From Eledone cirrhosa (taxonomy: Eukaryota): a stretch of 64,000 nt of DNA. Under the pieces are notes generated by a model. That model was not told the DNA's origin. It was given only the letters and a program-made list of their open reading frames with translations, and searched no databases. Of the stretch, positions 23,201 through 39,009 are shown one piece after another (positions within the stretch are counted from its first letter, which is position 1; every line of letters starts with the position of its first letter). The position numbers were made by a program, and so were the translations under genes. The DNA lies in assembly GCA_964016885.1 (NCBI GenBank), contig OZ024744.1, positions 116,250,001 to 116,314,000 of the forward strand, read 5' to 3'.

Positions 23201-26200
23201 AAGTGTCTTGTTCAAGAATACAACACTACCCAATCTAACACCCTTACCACTAGGCCACCACATACCTCCACTGTAGTATACTGGAGTAATGTGAAATGAA
23301 GTGTTTTGTTCAAGAACACAACACACAACCCAGTCTAACACCCTTACCATTAGGCCACCCCATACCTCCACTATAGTATACTGGAGTAATGTAAATGAAG
23401 TGTCTTGTTCAAGAACACAACACACAACCCAGTCTAACTCCCTTACCACTAGGCCACCACATACCGCCACTGTAGTATACTGGAGTAATGTGAAATTAAG
23501 TGTCTTGTTCAAGGACACAACACACAACCCAGTCTAACACCCTTACCACTAGGCCACCACATACCTCCACGGTAGTATAATGGAGTAATGTGAAATGTTG
23601 TGTTTTGTTCAAGAACACAACACACAACCCAGTCTAACACCTTTACCACTAGGCCACCACATACCTCCACGGTAGTATAATGGAGTAATGTGAAATGTTG
23701 TGTTTTGTTCAAGAACACAACACACAACCCAGTCTAACACCCTTACCACTAGGCCACCACATACCTCCACTGTAGTATACTGGAGTAATGTGAAATGAAG
23801 TGTTTTTTTCAAGAACACAAAACAGAACCCAGTCTAACAACCTTACAAATAGGCCACCACATACCTCCACTGTAGTATACTGGAGTAATGTGAAATGAAG
23901 TGTCTTGTTCAAGAACACAACACACAACCCAGTCTAACACCCTTACCACTAGGCCACCACATACCTCCACTGTAGTATACAGTTGTAATGTGAAATGTAG
24001 TGTTTTGATCAAGAACACATCACACAACCCAGTCTAATACCTTACCACTAGGCCACCACATACCTCCACGGTAGTATACTGGAGTAATGTGAAATGCAGT
24101 GTTTTGTTCAAGAACACAACACACAACCCAGTCTAACACCCTTACCACTAGGCCACCACATACCTCCACTTTAGTATACTGGAGTAATGTGAAATGAAGT
24201 GTTTTGTTCAAGAACACAATACACAACCCAGTCTAACACCCTTACCACTAGGCCACCACATACCCCCACTGTAGTATACTGGTGTAATTTGAAATGTAGT
24301 GTTTTGTTCAAGAACACAACACACAACCCAGTCTAACAGCCTTACTACTAGGCCACCACATACCTCCACTGTAGTATACTGGAGTAATGTGAAATGTAGT
24401 GTTTTTTTCAAGAACACAACACACAATCCAGTATAACACCCTTACCACTATGCCTTCACATACCTCCACCGTAGGATACTGGAGCAATGTAAAATGTTTT
24501 GTTCAAGAACACAACACACAAGCCAGTCTAACACTCTTACCAATAGGCCACCACAGACCTCCACTGTAGTATACTGGTGTAATATGAAATGAAGTGTTTA
24601 GTTCAAGAACACAACACACAAACCAGTCTAACACCCTTACTACTAGGCCACCACATACCTCTACTGTAGGATACTGGAGTAATGTGAAATGTAGTGTTTT
24701 GTTCAAGAACACAACACACAACCCAGTCTAACACCCTTACCACTATGCCACCACATACCTCCACTTTAGTATACTGGAGCTATGTAAAATGTTTTGTTCA
24801 AGAACACAACACAGAAGCCAGTCTAACACCCTTGCCAATAGGCCACCACAGACCTCCACTGTAGTATGCTGGTGTAATATGAAATGAAGTGTTTAGTTCA
24901 AGAACACAACACACAAACCAGTCTAACACCCTTACCAATAGGCCACCACAGACCTCCACTGTAGTATACTGGTGTAATGTGAAATGAAGTGTTTTGTTCA
25001 AGAACACAACACACAACCCAGTCTAACACCCTTACCATTAGGCCACCCCATACCTCCACTATAGTATACTGGAGTAATGTAAATGAAGTGTCTTGTTCAA
25101 GAACACAACACACAACCCAGTCTAACTCCCTTACCACTAGGCCACCACATACCTCCACTGTAGTATACTGGAGTAATGTGAAATGTAGTGTTTTGTTCAA
25201 GAACACAACACACAACCCAGTCTAACAGCCTTACTACTAGGCCACCACATACCTCCACTGTAGTATACTGGAGTAATGTGAAATGTAGTGTTTTTTTCAA
25301 GAACACAACACAATCCAATCTAACACCATTACCACTAGGCCACTACATACCTCCACTGTAGTATACTGGAGTAATATGAAATGAAGTGTTTAGTTCAAGA
25401 ACACAACACACAAACCAGTCTAACACTCTTACCAATAGGCCACCACAGACCTATACTGTAGTAATGTGAAATGAAGTGTCTTGTTCAAGAATACAACACT
25501 ACCCAATCTAACACCCTTACCACTAGGCCACCACATACCTCCACTGTAGTATACTGGAGTAATGTGAAATGAAGTGTTTTGTTCAAGAACACAACACACA
25601 ACCCAGTCTAACACCCTTACCATTAGGCCACCCCATACCTCCACTATAGTATACTGGAGTAATGTAAATGAAGTGTCTTGTTCAAGAACACAACACACAA
25701 CCCAGTCTAACTCCCTTACCACTAGGCCACCACATACCGCCACTGTAGTATACTGGAGTAATGTGAAATTAAGTGTCTTGTTCAAGGACTCAACACACAG
25801 CCCAGTCTAACACCCTTACCACTAGGCCACCACATACCTCCACTGTAGTATACTGGAGCAATGTGAAATGAAGTGTTTTGTTCAAGAACACAACACAATC
25901 CAATCTAACACCATTACCACTAGGCCACTACATACCTCCACAGACCTATACTGTAGTAATGTGAAATGAAGTGTCTTGTTCAAGAATACAACACTACCCA
26001 ATCTAACACCATTACCACTAGGCCACTACATACCTCCACTGTAGTATACTGGAGTAATGTGAAATGTAGTGTTTTGTTCAAGAACACAACACACTATACA
26101 ATCTAACACCCTTACCACTAGGCCACTACATACCTCCACTGTAGTATACTGGAGTAATGTGAAATGTAGTGTTTTGTTCAAGAACACAACACACAACCCA

Positions 26201-28560
26201 ATCTAACACCCTTACCACTAGGCCACCACATACCTCCACTGTAGTATACTGGTGTAATATGAAATGAAGTGTTTTGTTCAAGAACACAAAACACAAGCCA
26301 GTCTAGCACCCTTACCACTAGGCCACGACATACCTCCACTGTAGTATTCTGGAGTAATGTGAAATGTAGTGTTTTGATCAAGAACACAACACACAACCCA
26401 CTCTAGCACCCTTACCACTAGGCCACCACATACCTCCACGGTAGTATAATGGTGTAATATGAAATGAAGTGTTTAGTTCAAGAACACAACACACAATCCA
26501 GTGTAACACCCTTACCACTATGCCACCACATACCCCCACTGTAGTTTACTGGAGCAATGTGAAATGTAGTGTTTTGTTCAAGAACACAACACACAACCCA
26601 GTCTAATACCTTACCACTAGGCCACCACATACCTCCACGGTAGTATACTGGAGTAATGTGAAATGCAGTGTTTTGTTCAAGAACACAACACACAACCCAA
26701 TCTAACACCCTTACCACTAGGCCACCACATACCTCCACTTTAGTATACTGGAGTAATGTGAAATGAAGTGTTTTGTTCAAGAACACAATACACAACCCAG
26801 TCTAACACCCTTACCACTAGGCCACCACATACCCCCACTGTAGTATACTGGATTAATGTGAAATGTAGTGTTTTTTTCAAGAACACAACACACAATCCAG
26901 TATAACACCCTTACCACTATGCCTTCACATACCTCCACCGTAGGATACTGGAGCAATGTAAAATGTTTTGTTCAAGAACACAACACACAAGCCAGTCTAA
27001 CACTCTTACCAATAGGCCACCACAGACCTCCACTGTAGTATACTGGTGTAATATGAAATGAAGTGTTTAGTTCAAGAACACAACACACAAACCAGTCTAA
27101 CACCCTTACTACTAGGCCACCACATACCTCCACTGTAGTATACTGGAGTAATGTGAAATATAGTGTTTTGTTCAAGAACACAACACACAACCCAGTCTAA
27201 CACCCTTACCACTATGCCACCACATACCTCCACTGTAGTATACTGGAGCTATGTGAAATGTTTTGTTCAAGAACACAACACACAAGCCAGTCTAACACCC
27301 TTACCAATAGGCCACCACAGACCTCCACTGTAGTATACTGGTGTAATATGAAATGAAGTGTTTAGTTCAAGAACACAACACACAACTCAGTCTAACACCC
27401 TTACCACTAGGTCACATACCTCATCTGTAGTATACTGTAGTAATGTGAAATGAAGTGTCTTGTTCAAGAATACAACACAACCCAATCTAACACCCTTACC
27501 ACTAGGCCACCACATACCTCCACTGTAGTATACTGGAGTAATGTGAAATGAAGTGTTTTGTTCAAGAACACAACACACAACCCAGTCTAACAGCCTTACT
27601 ACTAGGCCACCACATACCTCCACTGTAGTATACTGGAGTAATGTGAAATGTAGTGTTTTTTTCAAGAACACAACACACAATCCAGTATAACACCCTTACC
27701 ACTATGCCTTCACATACCTCCACCGTAGGATACTGGAGCAATGTAAAATGTTTTGTTCAAGAACACAACACACAAGCCAGTCTAACACCCTTACCAACAG
27801 GCCACCACAGACCTCCACTGTAGTATACTGGTGTAATATGAAATGAAGTGTTTAGTTCAAGAACACAACACACAAACCAGTGTAACACCCTTACCACTAG
27901 GCCACCACATACCTCCACGGTAGTATAATGGAGTAATGTGAAATGTAGTGATTTGTTCAAGAACATAACACATAACCCAGTCTAACACCTTTACCACTAT
28001 GCCACCACATACCTCCACTAGTATACTGGAGCTATGTGAAATGTTTTGTTCAAGAACACAATACACAAGCCAGTCTAACACCCTTACCAATAGGCCACCA
28101 CAGACCTCCACTGTAGTATACTGGTGTAATATGAAATGAAGTGTTTAGTTCAAGAACACAACACACAAACCAGTCTAACACCCTTACCAATAGGCCACCA
28201 CAGACCTATACTGTAGTAATGTGAAATGAGGTGTCTTGTTCAAGAATACAACACTACCCAATCTAACACCCTTACCAATAGGCCACCACATACCTCCACT
28301 GTAGTATACTGGAGTAATGTGAAATGAAGTGTTTTGTTCAAGAACACAACACACAACCCAGTCTAACACCCTTACCATTAGGCCACCCCATACCTCCACT
28401 ATAGTATACTGGAGTAATGTAAATGAAGTGTCTTGTTCAAGAACACAACACACAACCCAGTCTAACTCCCTTACCACTAGGCCACCACATACCGCCACTG
28501 TAGTATACTGGAGTAATGTGAAATTAAGTGTCTTGTTCAAGGACACAACACACAGCCCAG
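17300..28560. repeat. Tandem segmental duplication of about 5.1-5.2 kb within the satellite (boundaries approximate)
   Basis: Rare variant GACTCAACACACAGCCCAG at 20571 and 25787 (offset 5216); identical ORF-track translations at offsets 5116 and 5216. Confidence 0.9.
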
Positions 28561-31500
28561 TCTAACACCCTTACAACTAGGCCACCACATACCTCCACTG
28601 TAGTATACTGGAGTAATGTGAAATGAAGTGTTTTGTTCAAGAACACAACACACAACCCAATCTAACACCCTTACCACTAGGCCACTACATACCTCCATTG
28701 TAGTATACTGGAGTAATGTGAAATGTAGTGTTTTGTTTAAGAACACAACACACAACCCAGTCTAATAACCTTAGAACTAGGTCACCACTTACCTCCACTG
28801 TAGTATACTGGAGTAATGTGAAATGTAGTGTTTTTTTCAAAAACACAACACACAACCTAATCTAACACCCTTACCACTAGGCCACCACATACCTCCACTG
28901 TAGTATACTGGGGTAATGTGAAATGTAGTGTTTTTTTCAAGAACACAACACACAACCTAATCTAACACCCTTACCACTAGGCCACCACATACCTCCACTT
29001 TAGTATACTGGAGTAATGTGAAATGAAGTGTCTTGTTCAAGAACACAACACACAACCCAGTCTAACACCCTTATCACTAGGCCACCACATACCTCCACCG
29101 TAGTATATTGGAGTAATGTGAAATGTAGTGTTTTGTTCAAGAACACAACCCACAACCCAGTCTAACACCCTTACCACTAGGCCACCACATACCTCCACGG
29201 TAGTGTACTGGTGTGATGTGAAATGAAGTGTTTTGTTCAAGAACACAACACACAACCCAGTCTAACACCCTTACTACTAGGCCACCACAGACCTCCACTG
29301 TAGTATACTGGTGTAATATGAAATGGAGTGTTTAGTTCAAGAACACAACACACAAACCAGTCTAACACCCTTACCACTAGGCCATCACATACCTCCACTG
29401 TAGTATACTGGAGTAATGTGAAATGAAGTGTTTTGTTCAAGAACACAACACACAACCCAGTCTAACTCCCTTACCACTAGGCCACCACATACCTCCAATG
29501 TAGTATACTGGAGTAATGTGAAATGTAGTGTTTTGTTCAAGAACACAACACACAACCCAGTCTAACAGCCTTACTACTAGGCCACCACATACCTCCACTG
29601 TAGTATACTGGAGTAATGTGAAATGTAGTGTTTTTTTCAAGAACACAACACACAATCCAGTATAACACCCTTACCACTATGCCTTCACATACCTCCACCG
29701 TAGGATACTGGAGCAATGTAAAATGTTTTGTTCAAGAACACAACACACAAGCCAGTCTAACACCCTTACCAACAGGCCACCACAGACCTCCACTGTAGTA
29801 TACTGGTGTAATATGAAATGAAGTGTTTAGTTCAAGAACACAACACACAAACCAGTGTAACACCCTTACCACTAGGCCACCACATACCTCCACGGTAGTA
29901 TAATGGAGTAATGTGAAATGTAGTGTTTTCTTCAAGAACACAACACAGAACCCAGTCTAACACCTTTACCACTATGCCACCACATACCTCCACTGTAGTA
30001 TACTGGAGCTATGTGAAATGTTTTGTTCAAGAACACAACACACAAGCCAGTCTAACACCCTTACCAATAGGCCACCACAGACCTCCACTGTAGTATACTG
30101 GTGTAATATGAAATGAAGTGTTTAGTTCAAGAACACAACACACAAGCCAGTCTAACACCCTTACCAATAGGCCACCACAGACCTATACTGTAGTAATGTG
30201 AAATGAAGTGTCTTGTTCAAGAATACAACACTACCCAATCTAACACCCTTACCACTAGGCCACCACATACCTCCACTGTAGTATACTGGAGTAATGTGAA
30301 ATGAAGTGTTTTGTTCAAGAACACAATACACAACCCAGTCTAACACCCTTACCACTAGGCCACCACATACTCCCACTGTAGTATACTGGGGTAATTTGAA
30401 ATGTAGTGTTTTGTTCAAGAACACAACACACAACCCAGTCTAACAGCCTTACTACTAGGCCACCACATACCTCCACTGTAGTATACTGGAGTAATGTGAA
30501 ATGTAGTGTTTTTTTCAAGAACACAAAACAGAACCCTGTCTAACAACCTTACAAATAGGCCACCACATACCTCCACTGTAGTATACTGGAGTAATGTGAA
30601 ATGAAGTGTCTTGTTCAAGAACACAACACACTATACAATCTAACACCCTTACCACTAGGCCACCACATAACCCGACTGTAGTATACTGGAGTAATGTGAA
30701 ATGTATTTTGTTCAAGAACACAACACACAACCCAGTCTAACACCCTTACCACGCGGTCACCACTTACCTTCAATGTAGTATACTGGAGTAATGTGAAATG
30801 AAGTGTCTTGTTCAAGAACACAACACACAACCCAGTCTAACACCCTTACCATTAGGCCACCCCATACCTCCACTATAGTATACTGGAGTAATGTAAATGA
30901 AGTGTCTTGTTCAAGAACACAACACACAACCCAGTCTAACTCCCTTACCACTAGGCCACCACATACCGCCCCTGTAGTATACTGGAGTAATGTGAAATTA
31001 AGTGTCTTGTTCAAGGACACAACACACAGCCCAATCTAACACCCTTACCACTAGGCCACCACATACCTCCACTGTAGTATACTGGAGTAATGTGAAATGA
31101 AGTGTTTTGTTCAAGAACACAACACAATCCAATCTAAGACCATTACCACTAGGCCACTACATACCTCCACTGTAGTATACTGGAGTAATGTGAAATGTAG
31201 TGTTTTGTTTAAGAACACAACACACAACCCAGTCTAATAACCTTAGAACTAGGTCACCACTTACCTCCACTGTAGTATACTGGGGTAATGTGAAATGTAG
31301 TGTTTTGTTTAAGAACACAACACACAACCCAGTCTAATAACCTTAGAACTAGGTCACCACTTACCTCCACTGTAGTATACTGGGGTAATGTGAAATGTAG
31401 TGTTTTTTTCAAGAACACAACACACAACCCAATCTAACACCCTTACCACTAGGCCACCACATACCTCCACTTTAGTATACTGGAGTAATGTGAAATGAAG

Positions 31501-34500
31501 TGTCTTGTTCAAGAACACAACACACAACCCAGTCTAACACCCTTATCACTAGGCCACCACATACCTCCACCGTAGTATATTGGAGTAATGTGAAATGTAG
31601 TGTTTTGTTCAAGAACACAACCCACAACCCAGTCTAACACCCTTACCACTAGGCCACCACATACCTCCACAGTAGTGTACTGGAGTAATGTGAAATGTAG
31701 TGTTTTGTTCAAGAACACAACACACAACCCAGTCTAACAGCCTTACTACTAGGCCACCACATACCTCCACTGTAGTATACTGGAGTAATGTGAAATGTAG
31801 TGTTTTTTTCAAGAACACAACACACAATCCAGTATAACACCCTTACCACTATGCCTTCACATACCTCCACCGTAGGATACTGGAGCAATGTAAAATGTTT
31901 TGTTCAAGAACACAACACACAAGCCAGTCTAACACCCTTACCAACAGGCCACCACAGACCTCCACTGTAGTATACTGGTGTAATATGAAATGAAGTGTTT
32001 AGTTCAAGAACACAACACACAAACCAGTGTAACACCCTTACCACTAGGCCACCACATACCTCCACGGTAGAATAATGGAGTAATGTGAAATGTAGTGTTT
32101 TCTTCAAGAACACAACACAGAACCCAGTCTAACACCTTTACCACTATGCCACCACATACATCCACTGTAGTATACTGGAGCTATGTGAAATGTTTTGTTC
32201 AAGAACACAACACACAAGCCAGTCTAACACCCTTACCAATAGGCCACCACAGACCTCCACTGTAGTATACTGGTGTAATATGAAATGAAGTGTTTAGTTC
32301 AAGAACACAACACACAAGCCAGTCTAACACCCTTACCAATAGGCCACCACAGACCTATACTGTAGTAATGTGAAATGAAGTGTCTTGTTCAAGAATACAA
32401 CACTACCCAATCTAACACCCTTACCACTAGGCCACCACATACCTCCACTGTAGTATACTGGGGTAATGTGAAATGTAGTGTTTTTTTCAAGAACACAACA
32501 CACAACCCAATCTAACACCCTTACCACTAGGCCACCACATACCTCCACTTTAGTATACTGGAATAATGTGAAATGAAGTCTTTTGTTCAAGAACACAATA
32601 CACAACCCAGTCTAACACCCTTACCACTATGCCACCACATACCCCCACTGTAGTTTACTGGAGCAATGTGAAATGTAGTGTTTTGTTCAAGAACACAACA
32701 CACAACCCAGTCTAATACCTTACCACTAGGCCACCACATACCTCCACGGTGGTATACTGGAGTAATGTGAAATGCAGTGTTTTGTTCAACAACACAACAC
32801 ACAACCCAGTCTAACACCCTTACCACTAGGCCACCACATACCTCTCACTGTAGTATACTAGAGTAATGTGAAATGTATTTTGTTCAAGAACACAACACAC
32901 AACCCAGTCTAACACCCTTACCACGCGGTCACCACTTACCTTCAATGTAGTATACTGGAGTAATGTGAAATGAAGTGTCTTGTTCAAGAACACAACACAC
33001 AACCCAGTCTAACACCCTTACCACTAGGCCACCACATACCTCCACTGTAGTATACTGGAGTAATGTGAAATGAAGTGTCTTGTTCAAGAACACAACACAC
33101 TATACAGTCTAACACCCTTACCACTATGCCACCACATACCCCCACTGTAGTTTACTGGAGCAATGTGAAATGTAGTGTTTTGTTCAAGAACACAACACAC
33201 AACCCAGTCTAATACCTTACCACTAGGCCACCACATACCTCCACGGTAGTATACTGGAGTAATGTGAAATGCAGTGTTTTGTTCAACAACACAACACACA
33301 ACCCAGTCTAACACCCTTACCACTAGGCCACCACATACCTCTCACTGTAGTATACTGGAGTAATGTGAAATGTATTTTGTTCAAGAACACAACACACAAC
33401 CCACTCTAGCACCCTTACCACTAGGCAACCACATACCTCCACGGTAGTATAATGGTGTAATATGAAATGAAGTGTTTACTTCAAGAACACAACACACAAT
33501 CCAGTATAACACCCTTACCACTATGCCACCACATACCCCCACTGTAGTATACTGGAGTAATGTGAAATGAAGTGTTTTGTTCAAGAACACAACACACAAC
33601 CCAGTCTATTACCCTGACCACTAGGCCACCACATACCTCCACTGTAGTATACTGGAGTGATGTGAAATGTAGTGTTTAGTTCAAGAACACAACACACAAA
33701 CCAGTGTAACACCCTTACCACTAGGCCACCACATACCTCCACGGTAGTATAATGGAGTAATGTGAAATGTAGTGTTTTGTTCAAGAACACAACACACAAC
33801 CCAGTCTAACACCTTTACCACTATGCCACCACATACCTCCACTAGTATACTGGAGCTATGTGAAATGTTTTGTTCAAGAACACAACACACAAGCCAGTCT
33901 AACACCCTTACCACTATGCCACCACATACCTCCACTGTAGTATACTGGTGTAATGTGAAATGAAGTGCTTTGTTCAAGAACACAACACAATCCAATCTAA
34001 CACCATTACCACTAGGTCACCACTTACCTCCACTGTAGTATACTGGGGTAACGTGAAATGAAGTGTTTTGTTCAAGAACACAACACACAACCCAGTCTAA
34101 CACCCTTAACACTAGGCCACCCCATACCTCCGATGTAGTATACTGGTGTAATGTGAAATGTAGTGTTGTGTTCAAGAACACAACACATAACCCAGTCTAA
34201 CACCCTTACCACTAGGCCACCACATACCTCCACTTTAGTATACTGGAGTAATGTGAAATGTAGTGTTTTATTCAAGAACACAACACACAACCCAGTCTAA
34301 CACCCTTACCACTAGGCCACCCCATACCTCCGATGTAGTATACTGGAGTAATGTGAAATGTAGTGTTGTGTTCAAGAACACAACACATAACCCAGTCTAA
34401 CACCCTTACCACTAGGCCACCACATACCTCCACTGTAGTATACTGGAGTAATGTGAAATGTAGTGTTTTATTCAAGAACACAACACACAACCCAGTCTAA

Positions 34501-37500
34501 CACCCTTACCACTCGGCCACCACATACCTCCACCGTAGTATACTGTGGCAATGTGAAATGAAGTGTCTTGTTCAAGTACACAACCCACAACCCAGTCTAA
34601 CACCCTTACCAATAGGCCACCACATACCTCCACTGTAGTATACTGGTGTAATGTGAAATGAAGTGTCTTGTTCAAGAACACAACACACAACCCAGTCTAA
34701 CACCCTTACTACTAGGCCACCACAGAACTCTACTGTAGTATACTGGTGTAATATGAAATGGAGTGTTTAGTTCAAGAACACAATACACAATCCAGTATAA
34801 CACCCTTACCACTATGCCACCACATACCCCCACTGTAGTTTACTGGAGCAATGTGAAATGTAGTGTTTTGTTCAAGAACACAACACACAACCCAGTCTAA
34901 CAGCCTTACTACTAGGCCACCACATACCTCCACTGTAGTATACTGGAGTAATGTGAAATGAAGTGTCTTGTTCAAGAACACAACACACTATACAGTCTAA
35001 CACCCTTACCACTAGGCCACCACATAACCCGACTGTAGTATACTGGAGTAATGTGAAATGTGGTGTTTTGTTCAAGAACACAACACACAACCCAGTCTAA
35101 CACCCTTACCAATGGGCAACCACATACCTCCACTGTAGTATACTGGTGTAATATGAAATGAAGTGTTTTGTTCAAGAACACAAAACACAAGCCAGTCTAG
35201 CACCCTTACCACTAGGCCACGACATACCTCCACTGTAGTATACTGGAGTAATGTGAAATGTAGTGTTTTGATCAAGAACACAAAACACAAGCCAGTCTAG
35301 CACCCTTACCACTAGGCCACCACATACCTCCACTGTAGTATACAGGAGTAATGTGAAATGAAGTGTTTACTTCAAGAACACAACACACAATCCAGTATAA
35401 CACCCTTACCACTATGCCACCACATACCTCCACTGTAGTATACTGGAGCAATGTGAAATGTAGTGTTTTGTTCAAGAACACAACACACAACCCAGTCTAA
35501 TACCTTACCACTAGGCCACCACATACCTCCACTGTAGTATACTGGAGTAATGTGAAATGCAGTGTTTTGTTCAAGAACACAACACACAACCCAATCTAAC
35601 AGCCTTACCACTAGGCCACCACATACCTCCACTGTAGTATACTGGAGTAATGTGAAATGAAGTGTTTTGTTCAAGAACACAACACAATCCAATCTAACAC
35701 CATTACCACTAGGCCACTACATACCTCCACTGTAGTATACTGGAGTAATGTGAAATGTAGTGTTTTGTTTAAGAACACAACACACAGCCCAGTCTAATAA
35801 CCTTAGAACTAGGTCACCACTTACCTCCACTGTAGTATACTGGGGTAATGTGAAATGTAGTGTTTTTTTCAAGAACACAACACACAACCCAATCTAACAC
35901 CCTTACCACTAGGCCACCACATACCTCCACTTTAGTATACTGGAGTAATGTGAAATGAAGTCTTTTGTTCAAGAACACAATACACAACCCAGTCTAACAC
36001 CCTTACCACTATGCCACCACATACCCCCACTGTAGTTTACTGGAGCAATGTGAAATGTAGTGTTTTGTTCAAGAACACAACACACAACCCAGTCTAACAC
36101 CCTTACCACTAGGCCACCACATACCTCCACTAGTATACTGGAGCTATGTGAAATGTTTTGTTCAAGAACACAACACACAAACCAGTTTAACACCCTTACT
36201 AATAGGACACTACAGACCTATACTGTAGTAATGTGAAATGAAGTGTCTTGTTCAAGAATACAACACAACCCAATCTAACACCCTTACCACTAGGCCACCA
36301 CCTACCTCCACTGTAGTATACTGGAGTAATGTGAAATGAAGTGTTTTGTTCAAGAACACAACACACAACCCAGTCTAACACCCTTACCATTAGGCCACCC
36401 CATACCTCCACTATAGTATACTGGAGTAATGTAAATGAAGTGTCTTGTTCAAGAACACAACACACAACCCAGTCTAACTCCCTTACCACTAGGCCACCAC
36501 ATACCTCCACTGTAGTATACTGGAGTAATGTGAAATGAAGTGTCTTGTTCAAGAACACAACACACAACCCAGTCTAACACCCTGACCACTAGACCACCAC
36601 ATACCTCCACTGTAGTATACTGGAGTGATGTGAAATGTAGTGTTTAGTTCAAGAACACAACACACAAACCAGTGTAACACCCTTACCACTAGGCCACCAC
36701 ATACCTCCACGGTAGTATAATGGAGTAATGTGAAATGTAGTGTTTTGTTCAAGAACACAACACACAACCCAGTCTAACACCTTTACCACTATGCCACCAC
36801 ATACCTCCACTAGTATACTGGAGCTATGTGAAATGTTTTGTTCAAGAACACAACACACAAGCCAGTCTAACACCCTTACCACTATGCCACCACATACCTC
36901 CACTGTAGTATACTGGAGTAATGTGAAATGAAGTGCTTTGTTCAAGAACACAACACACAACCCAGTCTAACACCCTTACCACTAGGCCACCACTTACCTC
37001 CACTGTAGTATACTGGGGTAACGTGAAATGAAGTGTTTTGTTCAAGAACACAACACACAACCCAGTCTAACACCCTTAACACTAGGCCACCCCATACCTC
37101 CGATGTAGTATACTGGAGTAATGTGAAATGTAGTGTTGTGTTCAAGAACACAACACATAACCCAGTCTAACACCCTTACCACTAGGCCACCACATACCTC
37201 CACTTTAGTATACTGAAGTAATGTGAAATGTAGTGTTTTATTCAAGAACACAACACACAACCCAGTCTAACACCCTTACCACTCGGCCACCACATACCTC
37301 CACCGTAGTATACTGTGGCAATGTGAAATGAAGTGTCTTGTTCAAGTACACAACACACAACCCAGTCTAACTCCCTTACCACTAGGCCACCACATACCGC
37401 CACTGTAGTATACTGGAGTAATGTGAAATTAAGTGTCTTGTTCAAGGACACAACACACAGCCCAGCCTAAAACCCTTACCACTAGGCCAACACATACCTC

Positions 37501-39009
37501 CATGGTAGTGTACTGGTGTAATGTGAAATGAAGTGTTTTGTTCAAGAACACAACACACAACCCAGTCTAACACCCTTACTACTAGGCCACCACAGACCTC
37601 CACTGTAGTATACTGGTGTAATATGAAATGGAGTGTTTAGTTCAAGAACACAACACACAAACCAGTCTAACACCCTTACCACTAGGCCACCACATACCTC
37701 CACTGTAGTATACTGGAGTAATGTGAAATGTAGTGTTTTTTTTCAAGAACACAACACACAATCCAGTATAACACCCTTACCACTATGCCTTCACATACCT
37801 CCACCGTAGGATACTGGAGCAATGTAAAATGTTTTGTTCAAGAACACAACACACAAGCCAGTCTAACAATCTTACCAATAGGCCACCACAGACCTCCACT
37901 GTAGTATACTGGTGTAATATGAAATGAAGTGTTTAGTTCAAGAACACAACACACAACTCAGTCTAACACCCTTACCACTAGGTCACATACCTCCACTGTA
38001 GTATACTGGTGTAATATGAAATGAAGTGTTTTGTTCAAGAACACAAAACACAAGCCAGTCTAACACCTTTACCACTAGGCCACGACATACCTCCACTGTA
38101 GTATACTGGTGTAATGTAAAATGAAGTGTTTTGTTAAAGAACACAACACACAACCCAGTCTCACACCCTTACCACTAGGCCACCACATACCTCCACTGTA
38201 GTATACTGGAGTAATGTGAAATGTAGTGTTTTGTTCAAGAACACAACACACAACCCAGTCTAACACCCTTACCACTAGGTCACCACATACCTCTCACTGT
38301 AGTATACTGGAGTAATGTGAAATGAAGTGTTTTGTTCAAGAACACAACACACAACCCAGTCTAACACACTTACCACTAGGTCACCACATACCTCTCACTG
38401 TAGTATACTGGAGTAATGTGAAATATATTTTGTTCAAGAACACAACACACAACCCAGTCTAACACCCTTACCACGCGGTCACCACTTACCTTCAATGTAG
38501 TATACTGGCGTAATGTGAAATGAAGTGTCTTGTTCAAGAACACAACACACAACCCAGTCTAACACCCTTACCACTAGGCCACCACATACCTCCACTGTAG
38601 TATACTGGAGTAATGTGAAATGAAGTGTTTTGTTCAAGAACACAATACACAACCCAGTCTAACACCCTTACCACTAGGCCACCACATACCCCCACTGTAG
38701 TATACTGGGGTAATTTGAAATGTAGTGTTTTGTTCAAGAACACAACACACAACCCAGTCTAACAGCCTTACTACTAGGCCACCACATACCTCCACTGTAG
38801 TATACTGGAGTAATGTGAAATGTAGTGTTTTTTTCAAGAACACAACACACAATCCAGTATAACACCCTTACCAATAGGACACCACAGACCTCCACTGTAG
38901 TATACTGGTGTAATATGAAATGAAGTGTTTAGTTCAAGAACACAACACACAACCCAGTCTAACACCCTTACCACTAGGTCACATACCTCCACTGTAGTAT
39001 ACTGTAGTA